A DNA stretch of 64,000 bases from Candidatus Poribacteria bacterium (GCA_026710795.1 JAPOQK010000080.1:465-64464), one strand, 5' to 3'; positions 47,359-58,240 are shown, counted from the stretch's first letter. Notes: generated by a model not told the origin, from the sequence alone. Translations and numbers: made by a program.

Positions 47359-48747
47359 TTACTTACCTACACAAAACTGCGAAAAAATGCGATCCAGAAT
47401 ATCTTCAGTAGTGGTTTTGCCTACGATATCACCAAGAGCATCAAGACCAATACGTAAATCTACAGAAACAAGATCGGGTGGCATCTCGTTTTCTAAGCTC
47501 GCTATAACATCCTCAAGGGATTCTTGTGCACGGCGAAGCGCATCTTGATGGCGAGTATTGGTGATAATCGGTGACTCTGCCATTACAAATTCACCACCAA
47601 GTAGTTCTTCACGGATTGCAATTTTCAGTTCTTCAATACCATTTCCTTCGGTGATTGCAGTCTGAATAATACGCGCCTTTGGACAATGGTCAGATAGCAC
47701 ATGTGGTTGTGTAATAACGGGAAGATCCGTCTTATTCAGTATCAGGATTACCCGATGAGAATTCCCAATCTGTAACAACTCAATATCCGCTTTGTCTAAC
47801 GGTTGCGATGCATCAAACATTAGGAGTAAAAATTCCGCTTTGTTAAGGACATCTCTACTCCTTTGAACACCGTGTTGTTCAACAATATCATCCGTCTGTC
47901 GGATCCCTGCTGTATCAATAAGATTGATTGGGATACCAGCGACGTTAATCGTCTCCTCAATCGTGTCGCGCGTAGTACCCGGAATGTCAGTGACAATAGC
48001 ACGCGCTGTGGTAACCAGTGCATTGAACAGACTTGATTTACCTACATTCGGTTTGCCCAATATAGCAACTTTGACACCCTCCTTGATAATACGTCCTTCT
48101 GAAGCAGTTTCTAATAATTGCATTAAATTCTTTTGTATAGCACGGACGGTTTGCAGCTGTGTGTCAATCTTCATAAAGTCCAAATCTTCATCTGGAAAAT
48201 CAATTGATGCCTCAACTTCCGCGAGTAGTTCAGCAAGACCATCACTCAGCCGATTTACATGCTCCGAGAGTTTCCCCGATAGTGCGTCAATCGCGATTTT
48301 ACGACTGAGTTCAGTTTTAGAACTGATGAGTTCTGCTACAGCTTCTGCTTGAGCGAGATCAAGTCTACCGTTGAGATACGCGCGTTTTGTGAACTCACCC
48401 GGTTCAGCGAGCCTTGCCCCCGCCTTTACAACTAATTCTAACACCGTCGTTAACGGAACAAAGCCTCCATGACAGTTGAATTCAACGATGTCTTCAGTCG
48501 TATAGGTATTGGGAGCGCGCATAATACCGAGAAGCACTTCGTCAACGACTTCATCGGGTGCGGATGTATCTATGACATGCCCGTGGGTAAGTGTATGTGT
48601 TGGGAGTTTATCTGGTGTAATTTCACGTGAGGGACGAAACAGTTGACAGGCGATAGGTATTGCGAGTGAACCACTGACGCGTACTATCCCGATGCCTCCT
48701 TCACCTCTCGGTGTAGCGATGGCAGTGATGGTATCGTCAAATTTCAT
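47359..48747 (-). CDS. mnmE: tRNA modification GTPase MnmE
   Basis: 462 aa; N-terminal DTITAIATPRGEGGIGIVRVSG, G-domain GKPNVGKSSLFNAL, C-terminal CxGK. Confidence 0.9.
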   Translation of the reverse strand: MKFDDTITAIATPRGEGGIGIVRVSGSLAIPIACQLFRPSREITPDKLPTHTLTHGHVIDTSAPDEVVDEVLLGIMRAPNTYTTEDIVEFNCHGGFVPLTTVLELVVKAGARLAEPGEFTKRAYLNGRLDLAQAEAVAELISSKTELSRKIAIDALSGKLSEHVNRLSDGLAELLAEVEASIDFPDEDLDFMKIDTQLQTVRAIQKNLMQLLETASEGRIIKEGVKVAILGKPNVGKSSLFNALVTTARAIVTDIPGTTRDTIEETINVAGIPINLIDTAGIRQTDDIVEQHGVQRSRDVLNKAEFLLLMFDASQPLDKADIELLQIGNSHRVILILNKTDLPVITQPHVLSDHCPKARIIQTAITEGNGIEELKIAIREELLGGEFVMAESPIITNTRHQDALRRAQESLEDVIASLENEMPPDLVSVDLRIGLDALGDIVGKTTTEDILDRIFSQFCVGK

Positions 48748-48773
48748 AGTGCAATTCCTGCTTTACAAGGAGA

Positions 48774-49400
48774 TTAATAGTTATCTTCCCTTGTAATCAC
48801 AATGCGCCGCATATCACCTTCTCCTTGACTAAAAGTTGAAACGGTATCATCCGCTTGTAAGGTGAGATGAACGATACGGCGATCTTTAGCAGACATAGGA
48901 GAAAGAACGACATCCTGTCTTGTCCGTTTAACTTTAGCGGCAACCTGATGTGCAAGGTCAACGAGTGACTGCTCTCTCCGTTCCCGATAACCTTCGGTAT
49001 CAACAAACACTTTTTTCTTCGCAAGCGCATTCTTATTGATGATACAATTCAGGATACGTTCTATGGCATCAAGTGTTTGTCCATGTTTGCCAATAAGGAG
49101 TGCTGGTGAATCAGTTATCATATTTAAGTGTAGGCTACCTTCAGAAAAGTCAGATTCTACCTCTCCATCAACACCTATCCGCGTGAGTATTTCTTTCAAA
49201 ACGGTTTCAGGAGAAGTCGTAATATCTTCCTTAAAGGTAGCACGAACTTTTGCAGGTTTCGCACCAAAACTCAATATGCCTTTTGTCGGTTCGTTTATTA
49301 TGATGATGTTTACGTGTTCGCGTGTAGTATCAAGTTCCGTGAGTGCAATATCAATTGCCTCTTCAACAGTTTCTGCTTCAACTTCAATATAGTTTTGCAA
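48774..49400 (-). CDS. jag: RNA-binding protein Jag/KhpB (Jag_N, KH and R3H domains)
   Basis: 208 aa; conserved position after yidC and before mnmE; R3H-like VHLTLQADD. Confidence 0.8.
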   Translation of the reverse strand: MQNYIEVEAETVEEAIDIALTELDTTREHVNIIIINEPTKGILSFGAKPAKVRATFKEDITTSPETVLKEILTRIGVDGEVESDFSEGSLHLNMITDSPALLIGKHGQTLDAIERILNCIINKNALAKKKVFVDTEGYRERREQSLVDLAHQVAAKVKRTRQDVVLSPMSAKDRRIVHLTLQADDTVSTFSQGEGDMRRIVITREDNY

Positions 49401-49706
49401 GTGGCAACACTCCTTTTGTCCTATGTATATTCACGCATATAAGTGCAAATTAAGACGATTATTATTTATTATGTGGACAAAACTAATATAGCCGGGTTCT
49501 TATATTATATTATATCACAATATTTGAAATTTCAAATATTATTAGGATAAAGAACAGAGCCATTCAATTGTCAACGAATTGAACCCTCTGACAGAGGTCT
49601 ATTTTGTAGAAGCAATCTCCGAATCACGACTAAACACAGTGATTGTCATGAATCGAAGTTCTCCTACAATTAGAATGTCCATTTATTGGTAAAATTTACT
49701 ATATAC

Positions 49707-52700
49707 TCAATTAACTTTTGCACGAGAACTCAAATATTCCGGTGGAATGGAATTAATCAACGCATCTAACATCTGTTTGTGACGTTTTTTGTCCTTTGCA
49801 TTCTTGCTTGCTTCAGCGACTTGTTTCCAAAAATAGTCTAATGAAGAATTCGCAGGTAAAATGCATAAAGTATATTTGTAATATCTTAATGCATCATCAT
49901 AGAGTTCATTTGCAACATACGCATGTCCAAGTGTCATTGGGTAGTAATAACTCATCTCCGTATCATCATGTAAAGCACGTGTTGCATATTTTAGTGCTAC
50001 ATCTGGGAAGATATCCTTTTCAAGAAGTTTTTCAGCTATCTTACGTTGGTTATATGAACTCTGTATATTGCCATCATGAAGTCTAATTTTTAACCACTCA
50101 GTGTAAGCAAGTTCAGCTTTATCTGTATCCCCTATCTTATTACAGAGATCTCCTAAAAGTTCATGCATGACCACACTCTCTGGTATTTCCGGTTTCACTT
50201 CTTCAAGAATAGCAATTAGTTTGTCTTCTTGTCCTTCGTCAGTATAGAGTTCGGAAATAGTGTGAATTAATGAATCATGACTCTTTTCCCTCAATGGTCC
50301 GTCTAATGCTCTCCGATATACCGCTATTGCATCTAATTTCTGGTTCTGGTCTAAAAACAACTTTGCTAACAGATCGTAGTATTGGTATGATTCTGGCTGT
50401 AGTTCAATCGCTTTTTCATAATATGATGCCGCCTTCGTTAAGTACTCAGTCCTCAAACCTGCAATCACTGGACGGGTGTAAGATTCAAGTTTAGCATTAC
50501 CAATAAGTTTTCCATTATTATTATTGGGTGAACTATCAGAAATGCGTTTCTCCGTTTCTGTATCAAATTTCCAATATCCGACCAAACCTTCTTCATCTCC
50601 CTTCAACTGCTTGTTCATATCGGTACGAATTTGATTCTCAGTACGTGCGATGTTCCAAATTCGCACTTCATCTATTAGACCAGCAAAAGATGCATGCTCA
50701 GATCTTTCTTCTTCATGAGAACAACCGATACGAAATGGAAGTGTGGTTTTACGTAAATAGTTCTCTTGTTTAAAGTCGTTTCTATTGATTTCAGAACCGT
50801 TGAGATACAACTTCATAATGTTATTTTTAGCATCAATGGTTCCTGCAACGTGGCACCAATTATTCTTTTGGATAGATTCACTTGGAGATACTGTATAGCT
50901 TAAGGGTTGTCCACCGGGGGATGTATCAAAGAATACGCTGCCTTCATCAAATAACCAGAATGTAAATTGTCGATGCGAAATATCCGGTATTCGTTTGTCA
51001 CCTTTGAAGAGTATTGTCGTACAGGTGTTTGGAAAACTTGTGGGTTTGATCCAAGCAGATACCGTAACTTGTTCGGATATATTGTCTATGATCTCGCTGT
51101 CCGTGATTTCGACATAACTTCCATCTCCATCTAAACTAAGTGCCTTGCTTTCTATTACTTCGTCTACTTTACGATCCAATCTTTGAAATAGATCCCCCAA
51201 CTTCCTGTACCAGTAGGCATTTTCAGGTTCCAGTTTCGTTAGTTTTTCATACTGCTCAATCGCTTCTTTTATTTTATCGGCGGCTTCAAAACTCTCAGCA
51301 AGTTTCAAAATTAACTTGGGATCGTTTGGGTTCTTCTCAACCTCATTGATTTGTTCCGGTATCCATTTTTCATAGAGTTTTCCTTCCTTGGCAATTTCAC
51401 GGATTACTTTTTTTGCCATAGATCGTATGCTGGAACTTCTGGATTTGTCTGTCATTTCCTGATATTTATGAAGAGCTTCTTTGTATTGTCTTGTCCCACG
51501 ATAACTTTTTGCAAGTATAACTTGCAAAGTTTCTTGAATCGTACTATCAAAGTCGTTATCGCTTTTATCAATGGCAGCTTTGGAGAGTTCAATCGCCGGT
51601 TCATACATCCTGTTTTCAATACAGATTGTTGCGAGCGCGCCAAGAAACCAAACATCGTTTTCTTTGCTGCTGGATGCAAGTGCCTTTGCAGCTTGTTTGA
51701 TCATCTCATCGGCTAATTTAGGTTGATTGCTTTTTGTCAATGCAGCCGCAGCATAATATAGATAACGGACATTGTTAGAATCCGCTTTACCAAGTGCTTC
51801 ATACATTTCAGCAGCTTTCTTATAATCCTTTTCGTCCCAATATATCCTTGCTAATATTGTAAGTGCCACAGGATTATCTTTGTTTTTCTCAAGTTTACCT
51901 TCAAAATGTGCTTTCAACACATCAAGTTTATCGCAACTCTTGAATGCACTAATCAGAGTATCACGTGCTGTCTCTACGACGTATAACGCAGTGGATATTG
52001 CTGTAATTCTATCCAAAGTGTAGCTAAGTGTTCTTCCGCTATTATTCGAATTCACCTGTGTTTCGTAATCTTCCACTACTGAGTACATTTTACCGAGTTC
52101 CACATATACTTTAAGCAATTCAACAGAAATCCTTTTAGTTTCATAAGTATTGGTTGTCATGTCGCGTGCTCTCTTATAAGCATTAGCAGCTTTTTCCAAT
52201 TCTCCAATCTTATGAAAGTATTCAGCAAGCAATATCTGCATCCCGAATGAAATTGTGTCACCTTCTTCAACTTTTTGTATTTTCTGTTCTAAATTCCCAT
52301 TTAAACGATACAAATTGAGCAAATACCGTTCAAGATCTTGCCGTTCCGTATCTGAAGCAGTGTGTAGAATGGTTTGTTTCAATGCAATTTCAGCAGCATC
52401 CAAGTCCATATTGAGAAAATTAAGTCTTACGAGTCTGTGATATATCTGTTTATTTTCGTATGCCAATTCGGTTGCTTTAATATAGTTCACAATGGCTGCA
52501 TCTACATTACCTTCAACTTCATAAAGTCTAGCAATTCGTGCGTAATGTGCACCTTTTTCTGGTTCTGTCTGGATGTAGCCAAGGGCAAGGTCAAGTGCCT
52601 TTTTGTGTTTACCAGCAGAATGTAAGCTACTGACAAGTGCATCTTGATACTCTATGTTTTCTGTGTCAGTTTCAAGCAGTTTACTATAGGTTTGTGCAGC

Positions 52701-52964
52701 ATTTTCGTGCTGATTTATGCGTGAGTAAAGCGTCGCGAGCTGCAACCGAGATTCGTTGTCATCAGGCACAGCAAACACAATTCGTTCATAGATTTCTATT
52801 GCTTCTTCTATTTGGTTGAGATTCACATGCTGCTCTGCTTTTCTGACGAATTCATGTGCCGGTGAGTGAATTCCTTCGGTTTCTTGTGCTTCAATTAATG
52901 TCAGGAAAGTGCTCACTGTGATCAACATTAGAATGACAAAGCAGAAGAATTTTAAGCGTAGCAA
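49707..52964 (-). CDS. secreted giant TPR-repeat protein with embedded LamG-like domain
   Basis: 1085 aa; signal peptide. TPRs flank the LamG segment LSLDGDGSYVEITDS...TVSAWIKP...LYLNGSE...GLIDEVRIWNIARTENQI. Confidence 0.75.
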   Translation of the reverse strand: MLRLKFFCFVILMLITVSTFLTLIEAQETEGIHSPAHEFVRKAEQHVNLNQIEEAIEIYERIVFAVPDDNESRLQLATLYSRINQHENAAQTYSKLLETDTENIEYQDALVSSLHSAGKHKKALDLALGYIQTEPEKGAHYARIARLYEVEGNVDAAIVNYIKATELAYENKQIYHRLVRLNFLNMDLDAAEIALKQTILHTASDTERQDLERYLLNLYRLNGNLEQKIQKVEEGDTISFGMQILLAEYFHKIGELEKAANAYKRARDMTTNTYETKRISVELLKVYVELGKMYSVVEDYETQVNSNNSGRTLSYTLDRITAISTALYVVETARDTLISAFKSCDKLDVLKAHFEGKLEKNKDNPVALTILARIYWDEKDYKKAAEMYEALGKADSNNVRYLYYAAAALTKSNQPKLADEMIKQAAKALASSSKENDVWFLGALATICIENRMYEPAIELSKAAIDKSDNDFDSTIQETLQVILAKSYRGTRQYKEALHKYQEMTDKSRSSSIRSMAKKVIREIAKEGKLYEKWIPEQINEVEKNPNDPKLILKLAESFEAADKIKEAIEQYEKLTKLEPENAYWYRKLGDLFQRLDRKVDEVIESKALSLDGDGSYVEITDSEIIDNISEQVTVSAWIKPTSFPNTCTTILFKGDKRIPDISHRQFTFWLFDEGSVFFDTSPGGQPLSYTVSPSESIQKNNWCHVAGTIDAKNNIMKLYLNGSEINRNDFKQENYLRKTTLPFRIGCSHEEERSEHASFAGLIDEVRIWNIARTENQIRTDMNKQLKGDEEGLVGYWKFDTETEKRISDSSPNNNNGKLIGNAKLESYTRPVIAGLRTEYLTKAASYYEKAIELQPESYQYYDLLAKLFLDQNQKLDAIAVYRRALDGPLREKSHDSLIHTISELYTDEGQEDKLIAILEEVKPEIPESVVMHELLGDLCNKIGDTDKAELAYTEWLKIRLHDGNIQSSYNQRKIAEKLLEKDIFPDVALKYATRALHDDTEMSYYYPMTLGHAYVANELYDDALRYYKYTLCILPANSSLDYFWKQVAEASKNAKDKKRHKQMLDALINSIPPEYLSSRAKVN

Positions 52965-53090
52965 GGATATCTCCTAAAGGATTGAGCGGCTACAAGGGTT
53001 AATACCAATTCTCACAAATTTGGAATGAGATAATTGATTGACTCTGAATAAAGAATAAGAAATGATTACGTCATACTCCTGTCAGTTATA

Positions 53091-54935
53091 CTATTTCTGT
53101 TTTCGGTTTGGTTTAGTTACCTGTGTTTCTTCGGTTTCACCATCATGAAAATACTTTGTTTGTATATATTGTTGAGCTACTGTAAAGACATTATTGCATA
53201 ACCAGTATAACACAAAACCAGATGCCCAATTATAAAAAAGGAAGACAAAGATAAGTGGCATAAATTGCATAATCTTCGCTTGCATATTCGTTGTAGCGGG
53301 TGTAGCAGACATTCCACCGACAAATTTTTGTTGAAGCCAAGTCGTCAGTCCATTTAGTAGCGGTAAAAACCTAATAGCATCTATATCTAAAAAGATCAAC
53401 GGAATTGTAAATGGAAGTTTAACAAAGACATCTGGTGCTGATAGGTCATTTATCCAAAGAAAGAAAGGGGCACCGCGGAATTCAACCGCAGTTCCAAGCA
53501 ACGCAAAGAGTGCCCAGAAAATAGGTAGCTGCGGAAGCCAGGGGATACAACCACTCAATGGGTTCACACCATTTTCTTTATAAATACGCATTGTCGCTTT
53601 GTTCAGTTTTTGAGGGTCATCCCGAAATTTCTCTTTCAATTCAACCAATTGCGGTTGAAGTTGCTGCATCTTCTTCATAGAGACATGTGCTTTGCGGGTG
53701 AGAGGGAAAGAAAGTATCTTTACTAACGCAGTTAAAACGATAATCGATATCCCATAGTTCCCAAAAAAATTGTAGATCAACTTAACTAACCACAACATTC
53801 CCCAAGCCACAGGACCGAAAAAACCGAAATCAATGATTTTGGATAAGTTAATCGGTTGTTCTGGATCGTTCGGTGCTGTGATTTCCTTCAGCATTGCATC
53901 GTCCTTAGGACCTACGTAAAGACGAAATGAATGCGTTTCCTTCTGCTGTGATGATAGTTGAAAATTTGGGATTGTCAGGACAGTGGTCTCAGTTGGTGCT
54001 GAGACGAATATATCCGTAGATGCTTTTGTTTCTGGCTTGTCAAGTTTATATGTTGCCTGTAGTTGCGGGTCAGGAATCATGACCGCAGTAAAATATTGGT
54101 TATTGAAACCCGCCCATAAAACATTTGCATAAGCTAATTCATCTTTCAATTCTTTCTTCGGTTTTCCTGTGCCAATATAGGTTTTAGAACCCTCTTTTTT
54201 CGGGTCATATCGCCCTCGTTTGCCGGAATCTTTTTCGTGGATCAGAATGTCAGCAGTGATTCCTGCTCCCCACCGAAGTTCGTATCCGTTTGAAAGTTCA
54301 TTTCCTCCAATTTGTACCAGTTGAGAATTATCTGTAATGTTCTCAAATGTCAGTTCCAAATCAACCGTATAACTCGTGTTATAAAATGTAAGCCTTTTTG
54401 CTACCTTTAGCACATCGCCAATTGTAGTCGTAAAAGTAAGCGTATCTTTTTTTCTTGATTCTGACAGTGTTATAGCTTCCTTATCAGCATCCCAAGTAGC
54501 GCGCCTCAAATCTAAATCAAGTTGTAGATTTTCATTTCCAAGTCGTATGGCAAGACAGTTCAGTGCAGCCTCAGGAATAAGGTTCATTGGAACAATTAGA
54601 TTGGTGTCAGATCTGTCAGGAAAACGTAAATCACCGTTTTCTTTCTTTTCTGTAAATTCCCACTGCTTCGCTATTGCTAATTTTTCATTAAATGCAATTT
54701 CATAAGTATCGGTTGTGACCTGTATTACTGGATCATCAGGATTAACCTGAATAATTTGCGGTTGTGCGGAATCAGGGTCATTCTCTCCGTTACCATCAGA
54801 TGTATTCGTTTGGGGTGTCTGTTCAGGTGTTGTTGGATCGGTCGGTTCTGGTGCGAATCGATTGCCAAAGATCAGAGTCCAACCAATCATCACAACAAGC
54901 ATAAGAACAACAGCAAGTATATAACGTGATCCCAT
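53091..54935 (-). CDS. yidC: membrane protein insertase YidC (with large periplasmic domain)
   Basis: 614 aa; C-terminal five-TM core with GCIPWLPQLPIFWALF and basic tail; N-terminal TM plus periplasmic beta-sandwich. Confidence 0.85.
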   Translation of the reverse strand: MGSRYILAVVLMLVVMIGWTLIFGNRFAPEPTDPTTPEQTPQTNTSDGNGENDPDSAQPQIIQVNPDDPVIQVTTDTYEIAFNEKLAIAKQWEFTEKKENGDLRFPDRSDTNLIVPMNLIPEAALNCLAIRLGNENLQLDLDLRRATWDADKEAITLSESRKKDTLTFTTTIGDVLKVAKRLTFYNTSYTVDLELTFENITDNSQLVQIGGNELSNGYELRWGAGITADILIHEKDSGKRGRYDPKKEGSKTYIGTGKPKKELKDELAYANVLWAGFNNQYFTAVMIPDPQLQATYKLDKPETKASTDIFVSAPTETTVLTIPNFQLSSQQKETHSFRLYVGPKDDAMLKEITAPNDPEQPINLSKIIDFGFFGPVAWGMLWLVKLIYNFFGNYGISIIVLTALVKILSFPLTRKAHVSMKKMQQLQPQLVELKEKFRDDPQKLNKATMRIYKENGVNPLSGCIPWLPQLPIFWALFALLGTAVEFRGAPFFLWINDLSAPDVFVKLPFTIPLIFLDIDAIRFLPLLNGLTTWLQQKFVGGMSATPATTNMQAKIMQFMPLIFVFLFYNWASGFVLYWLCNNVFTVAQQYIQTKYFHDGETEETQVTKPNRKQK

Positions 54936-55024
54936 TTATATTTAAAAACTCCTCTTTACTATTATTTACCAATATATTTGTGATTTACCATACACTTGTT
55001 GTAGCCATTAGATCAGCATTATTG

Positions 55025-55234
55025 TTATTGAAGTGGATCAAAACCGCCAGGATGATAAGGATGGCATTTCACCAATCGTTTTATTGTTAACCAGATGCCT
55101 TTGAATGCACCATACTTCTCAAATGCTTGTTGTGCATAGTGTGAACAGGTCGGATGAAAACGGCACGATGGTGGAAGAAGTGGAGAGATGAAGCGGCGAT
55201 ATCCGCGGATAGCGTAGAGAATGAATCGACTCAT
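55025..55234 (-). CDS. yidD: membrane protein insertion efficiency factor YidD
   Basis: 69 aa; [26 protein letters not shown] is the YidD signature. Confidence 0.85.
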   Translation of the reverse strand: MSRFILYAIRGYRRFISPLLPPSCRFHPTCSHYAQQAFEKYGAFKGIWLTIKRLVKCHPYHPGGFDPLQ

Positions 55235-55339
55235 TTTACATCACAAAACAGCGTTTTGAGGACGTACGTATTATTTAGCCTATATTCCCAAATCCTCAGT
55301 GAGAACGATTCCCAATAGAGTTTCAACAAGGAAAGCACC

Positions 55340-55717
55340 CTATCTATCTGTCTCTCTATTCGTCAAGATTGATGCTCGGAGGAACAATTTATGTAGACTA
55401 TCTCGGACTTCTTGCATTGTTAGTCCACAGGCAGCCGACCTACCTACAACAACAATATCATGGTGTGGTAGGAGATGATATTTCAGCACACGAAACGATT
55501 CACGAATAAGCCGTTTGACACGATTCCTCTGAACACTTTTACCAACTTTTTTACTTACAGTAATTCCTAATCGAGGTTGTTTTAATTGTGTGTGGTAAAC
55601 ATATATAACAAAGTGTGTATTCCAATACTTTTTACCCTTTTTATAGGCTCTCTGAAATTCCCATGGCTTCTTCAGTCTTTCCGGATGCAGTTGATAAGAC
55701 ATAACGTCAGGACACAC
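55340..55717 (-). CDS. rnpA: ribonuclease P protein component
   Basis: LKKPWEFQRAYKKGKK...RLGITVSKKVGKSVQRNRVKRLIRE; true start may be the internal Met near 55702. Confidence 0.8.
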   Translation of the reverse strand: MCPDVMSYQLHPERLKKPWEFQRAYKKGKKYWNTHFVIYVYHTQLKQPRLGITVSKKVGKSVQRNRVKRLIRESFRVLKYHLLPHHDIVVVGRSAACGLTMQEVRDSLHKLFLRASILTNRETDR

Positions 55718-55815
55718 TCATATCGGTCTCACCCTATTCTTCGGAATTTGCAGTGAACTATACTACGTCATTTCACATCTTCAACTGTGTATAGGAATAT
55801 AGTTATCATTCCGTC

Positions 55816-56328
55816 TTAGTTAATATAGAGGTACTTCTTCCACGAGGGATGATAACCTCGAAAATGACGGTTAAGTTGCAAATACGTCAAAATAGAAGGC
55901 GTTTTCGGTGCGCGTTTTAACTTAAACTGCGTCTCATAAAGCATTTGACTACCTTTTTTGTTATTGCATCGCTTGCAGGCAGTCACAACATTTTCCCATG
56001 TTGTTTTTCCGCCCTTCGAAATTGGCACAACATGGTCAAGTGTGAGTAGAGATGCAGAAAGTTCACGATGGCAATACTGGCATACATGTTGGTCGCGCGC
56101 AAGTACATTTTTACGAGAAAACTTGACGACACTGCGCGGAACATGGACGTAGTTTACCAAACGAATAACGTGCGGTACTTTGACTGCAGTTGATGGTGAC
56201 TGTATTTCAAAATCAGACACTTCTTCTGTCTGAGCAGTTCCCTTGAATACCATTTTCAAGGCACGTCTGAGATTGCAAACATTGATCGCTTCGTAGCTTG
56301 CGTTCAGTACCAAAACGGTGACATCCAC
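55816..56328 (-). CDS. standalone HNH endonuclease
   Basis: 170 aa; CQYCHRELSASLLTLDHVVPISKGGKTTWENVVTACKRCNNKKG, a classic HNH Zn-finger nuclease motif. Confidence 0.75.
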   Translation of the reverse strand: MDVTVLVLNASYEAINVCNLRRALKMVFKGTAQTEEVSDFEIQSPSTAVKVPHVIRLVNYVHVPRSVVKFSRKNVLARDQHVCQYCHRELSASLLTLDHVVPISKGGKTTWENVVTACKRCNNKKGSQMLYETQFKLKRAPKTPSILTYLQLNRHFRGYHPSWKKYLYIN

Positions 56329-56572
56329 TCGCCTGTCCTCCTACAAGCAAGTCATACAGACCTTACTCACACATAATATTAACACATCTAAACGCAAATT
56401 GCAACTAAAATCTAAATTCGCTTTCACATAATCTCTTTCAATACAAGTTTGAATTGTGATATAATAGTCTACAAAACTAACATAGTCATATTTTGATGAT
56501 ATTTAGAAAATCATTTAGTGGAACAGTGATCCTTCACGTTACAAAAGTGTTTAATTTCGAAGGAGAATTCGG

Positions 56573-57040
56573 ATGTCAAATGAAGGTAGACGTTCTTTTT
56601 TACAAATCGCAACTGCTTGCATCGGTGGATTAATGAGTTTAGCAGCCGGCATTCCACTGATCGGTTTTGCTATTTCCCCGGCGTGGAAAAAAGGTGAATC
56701 CCAGTGGGTTGACTTAGGCTTAGTAGACCGCCTCAAAAACAGCCGTTTCAAAAAGGTAAATTATACATTCACAGCGAAAGACGGTTGGGTCAAAGCTACA
56801 AAAAAACGTTCTGTCTACGTTACGGATATAGGAAACGGAGAGTGGGATGTATTCTCACGTACGTGTTCACATCTCGGTTGTCTTGTCAGGTGGAACGAAA
56901 GTCAAGAATCATTCTTATGTCCCTGCCACGGTGCGATCTTTGATAAGAACGGTGCTGTTGTCGCTGGTCCACCACCAGAACCGTTGCAAAAACTTGATGT
57001 CAAAGTAGAAGCTGGTGTTTTATATGTAAGGGAGGCGTAA
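56573..57040 (+). CDS. Rieske [2Fe-2S] protein (cytochrome bc-type complex subunit), Tat signal
   Basis: RRSFLQIATACIGG Tat motif; CSHLGC...CPCHGA Rieske boxes. Confidence 0.8.
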   Translation: MSNEGRRSFLQIATACIGGLMSLAAGIPLIGFAISPAWKKGESQWVDLGLVDRLKNSRFKKVNYTFTAKDGWVKATKKRSVYVTDIGNGEWDVFSRTCSHLGCLVRWNESQESFLCPCHGAIFDKNGAVVAGPPPEPLQKLDVKVEAGVLYVREA

Positions 57041-58240
57041 ATGAAGCAATTTCTCAAAGATCGTCTCCCATTAGATGGCGTGATGGACCATCTGCGTAAA
57101 CCACTGCCAAAACATATCAACCTGCTTTTCTCACTTGGCAGTTTAGCAATGTTCTTGCTAATACTTCAGGCGGTAACGGGTGCTTTTTTAGCATTATACT
57201 ATTCTCCTTCACCAGACCACGCTCACAATGCTGTCAGTTATATATCTAACGAAGTGCCTTTTGGAAGTTTTGTGCGTGGCTTGCACCATTGGGGTGCAAG
57301 TGCCATGGTCATCATCGTCTTTCTGCATATTCTCCGCGTTGTACTATATGGTTCATACAAAGCACCGCGTGAACTTACATGGGTCGTCGGTGTTCTCTTG
57401 TTCATAGTTACACTCGGATTCGGATTTACAGGTTATCTGTTGCCGTGGGATGAAAAAGCGTATTGGGCAACGGTTGTCGGCATAGAAATATCAAGTACTG
57501 CCCCTGTGTTAGGTGATGTAGTTGCAAAAATCCTTCGTGGCGGTGCTGAGGTAGGTGCGGTAACACTGTCACGGTTCTACGCACTGCACACAATCTGGTT
57601 ACCGTGGTTAGCATTCGGTTTGGTCGGCGTACACCTTTTTCTTGTGAGATTCTACGGCTCTTCAGGATTACCGAAAAACACGGACGAAGAAATGAATACC
57701 GGCAAACCGTTCTATCCAGATCAGGTATTTGAAGACGTAGTCGGTATGTTGATTCTGTTTATAGTACTTGCTTGTGCTGCACTGTTCGCACATGTTCCCC
57801 TTGAAGATGTCGCAGATCCAACAAACGCAAATTACGATCCGCGCCCCGAATGGTATTTCCTATTCCTATTTCAACTCCTGAAATACTTCCAAGGTCCTTT
57901 TGAAATACTTGGCACATTTGTCATCCCAACTGTCGGTATGTTGCTACTTCTATTCCTCCCCTTCTTAGACAGAAGTGAACGAAAATTGCTTTGGAAACGA
58001 CCAATTGCATTGACGGTCACGAGTGTATCTGTTATAGCAATTGTAGGATTGACGATCTTGGGTGCGACTGCACCAAAACTTGAGACCACAGAGGAAACTC
58101 CTCCCACAGAACAGGTTCAACAGGTTGCCCCGACAGACACACAAACAGAACAAACCGATGAAGAGGAAGATGTGTTTGATTTCCAATTGAACGAGGAAGA
58201 AATTGAAAATGCCAGAGATGTGGATGGAAATTCTGAATAG
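57041..58240 (+). CDS. cytochrome b (b6-like) with acidic C-terminal extension
   Basis: 399 aa; HHWGASAMVIIVFLHILRVVLYGSY and GYLLPWDEKAYWAT haem-ligand helices; ~60-aa Glu/Asp/Thr-rich tail. Confidence 0.8.
   Translation: MKQFLKDRLPLDGVMDHLRKPLPKHINLLFSLGSLAMFLLILQAVTGAFLALYYSPSPDHAHNAVSYISNEVPFGSFVRGLHHWGASAMVIIVFLHILRVVLYGSYKAPRELTWVVGVLLFIVTLGFGFTGYLLPWDEKAYWATVVGIEISSTAPVLGDVVAKILRGGAEVGAVTLSRFYALHTIWLPWLAFGLVGVHLFLVRFYGSSGLPKNTDEEMNTGKPFYPDQVFEDVVGMLILFIVLACAALFAHVPLEDVADPTNANYDPRPEWYFLFLFQLLKYFQGPFEILGTFVIPTVGMLLLLFLPFLDRSERKLLWKRPIALTVTSVSVIAIVGLTILGATAPKLETTEETPPTEQVQQVAPTDTQTEQTDEEEDVFDFQLNEEEIENARDVDGNSE

Noticed and set aside
47037-47360. Genomic island integrated at tRNA-Leu
   Set aside because: No integrase, no direct repeat of the tRNA 3' end and no cargo genes lie between the tRNA and mnmE; only the small inverted REP pair is present.
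56551-56751. 66-aa minus-strand ORF starting MKRLFLRRSTKPKST... considered as a displaced rpmH (L34)
   Set aside because: Apart from the basic N-terminus it does not resemble L34 (MKRTFQPS..RKR...GFRARM), and it lies antisense within the Rieske gene.
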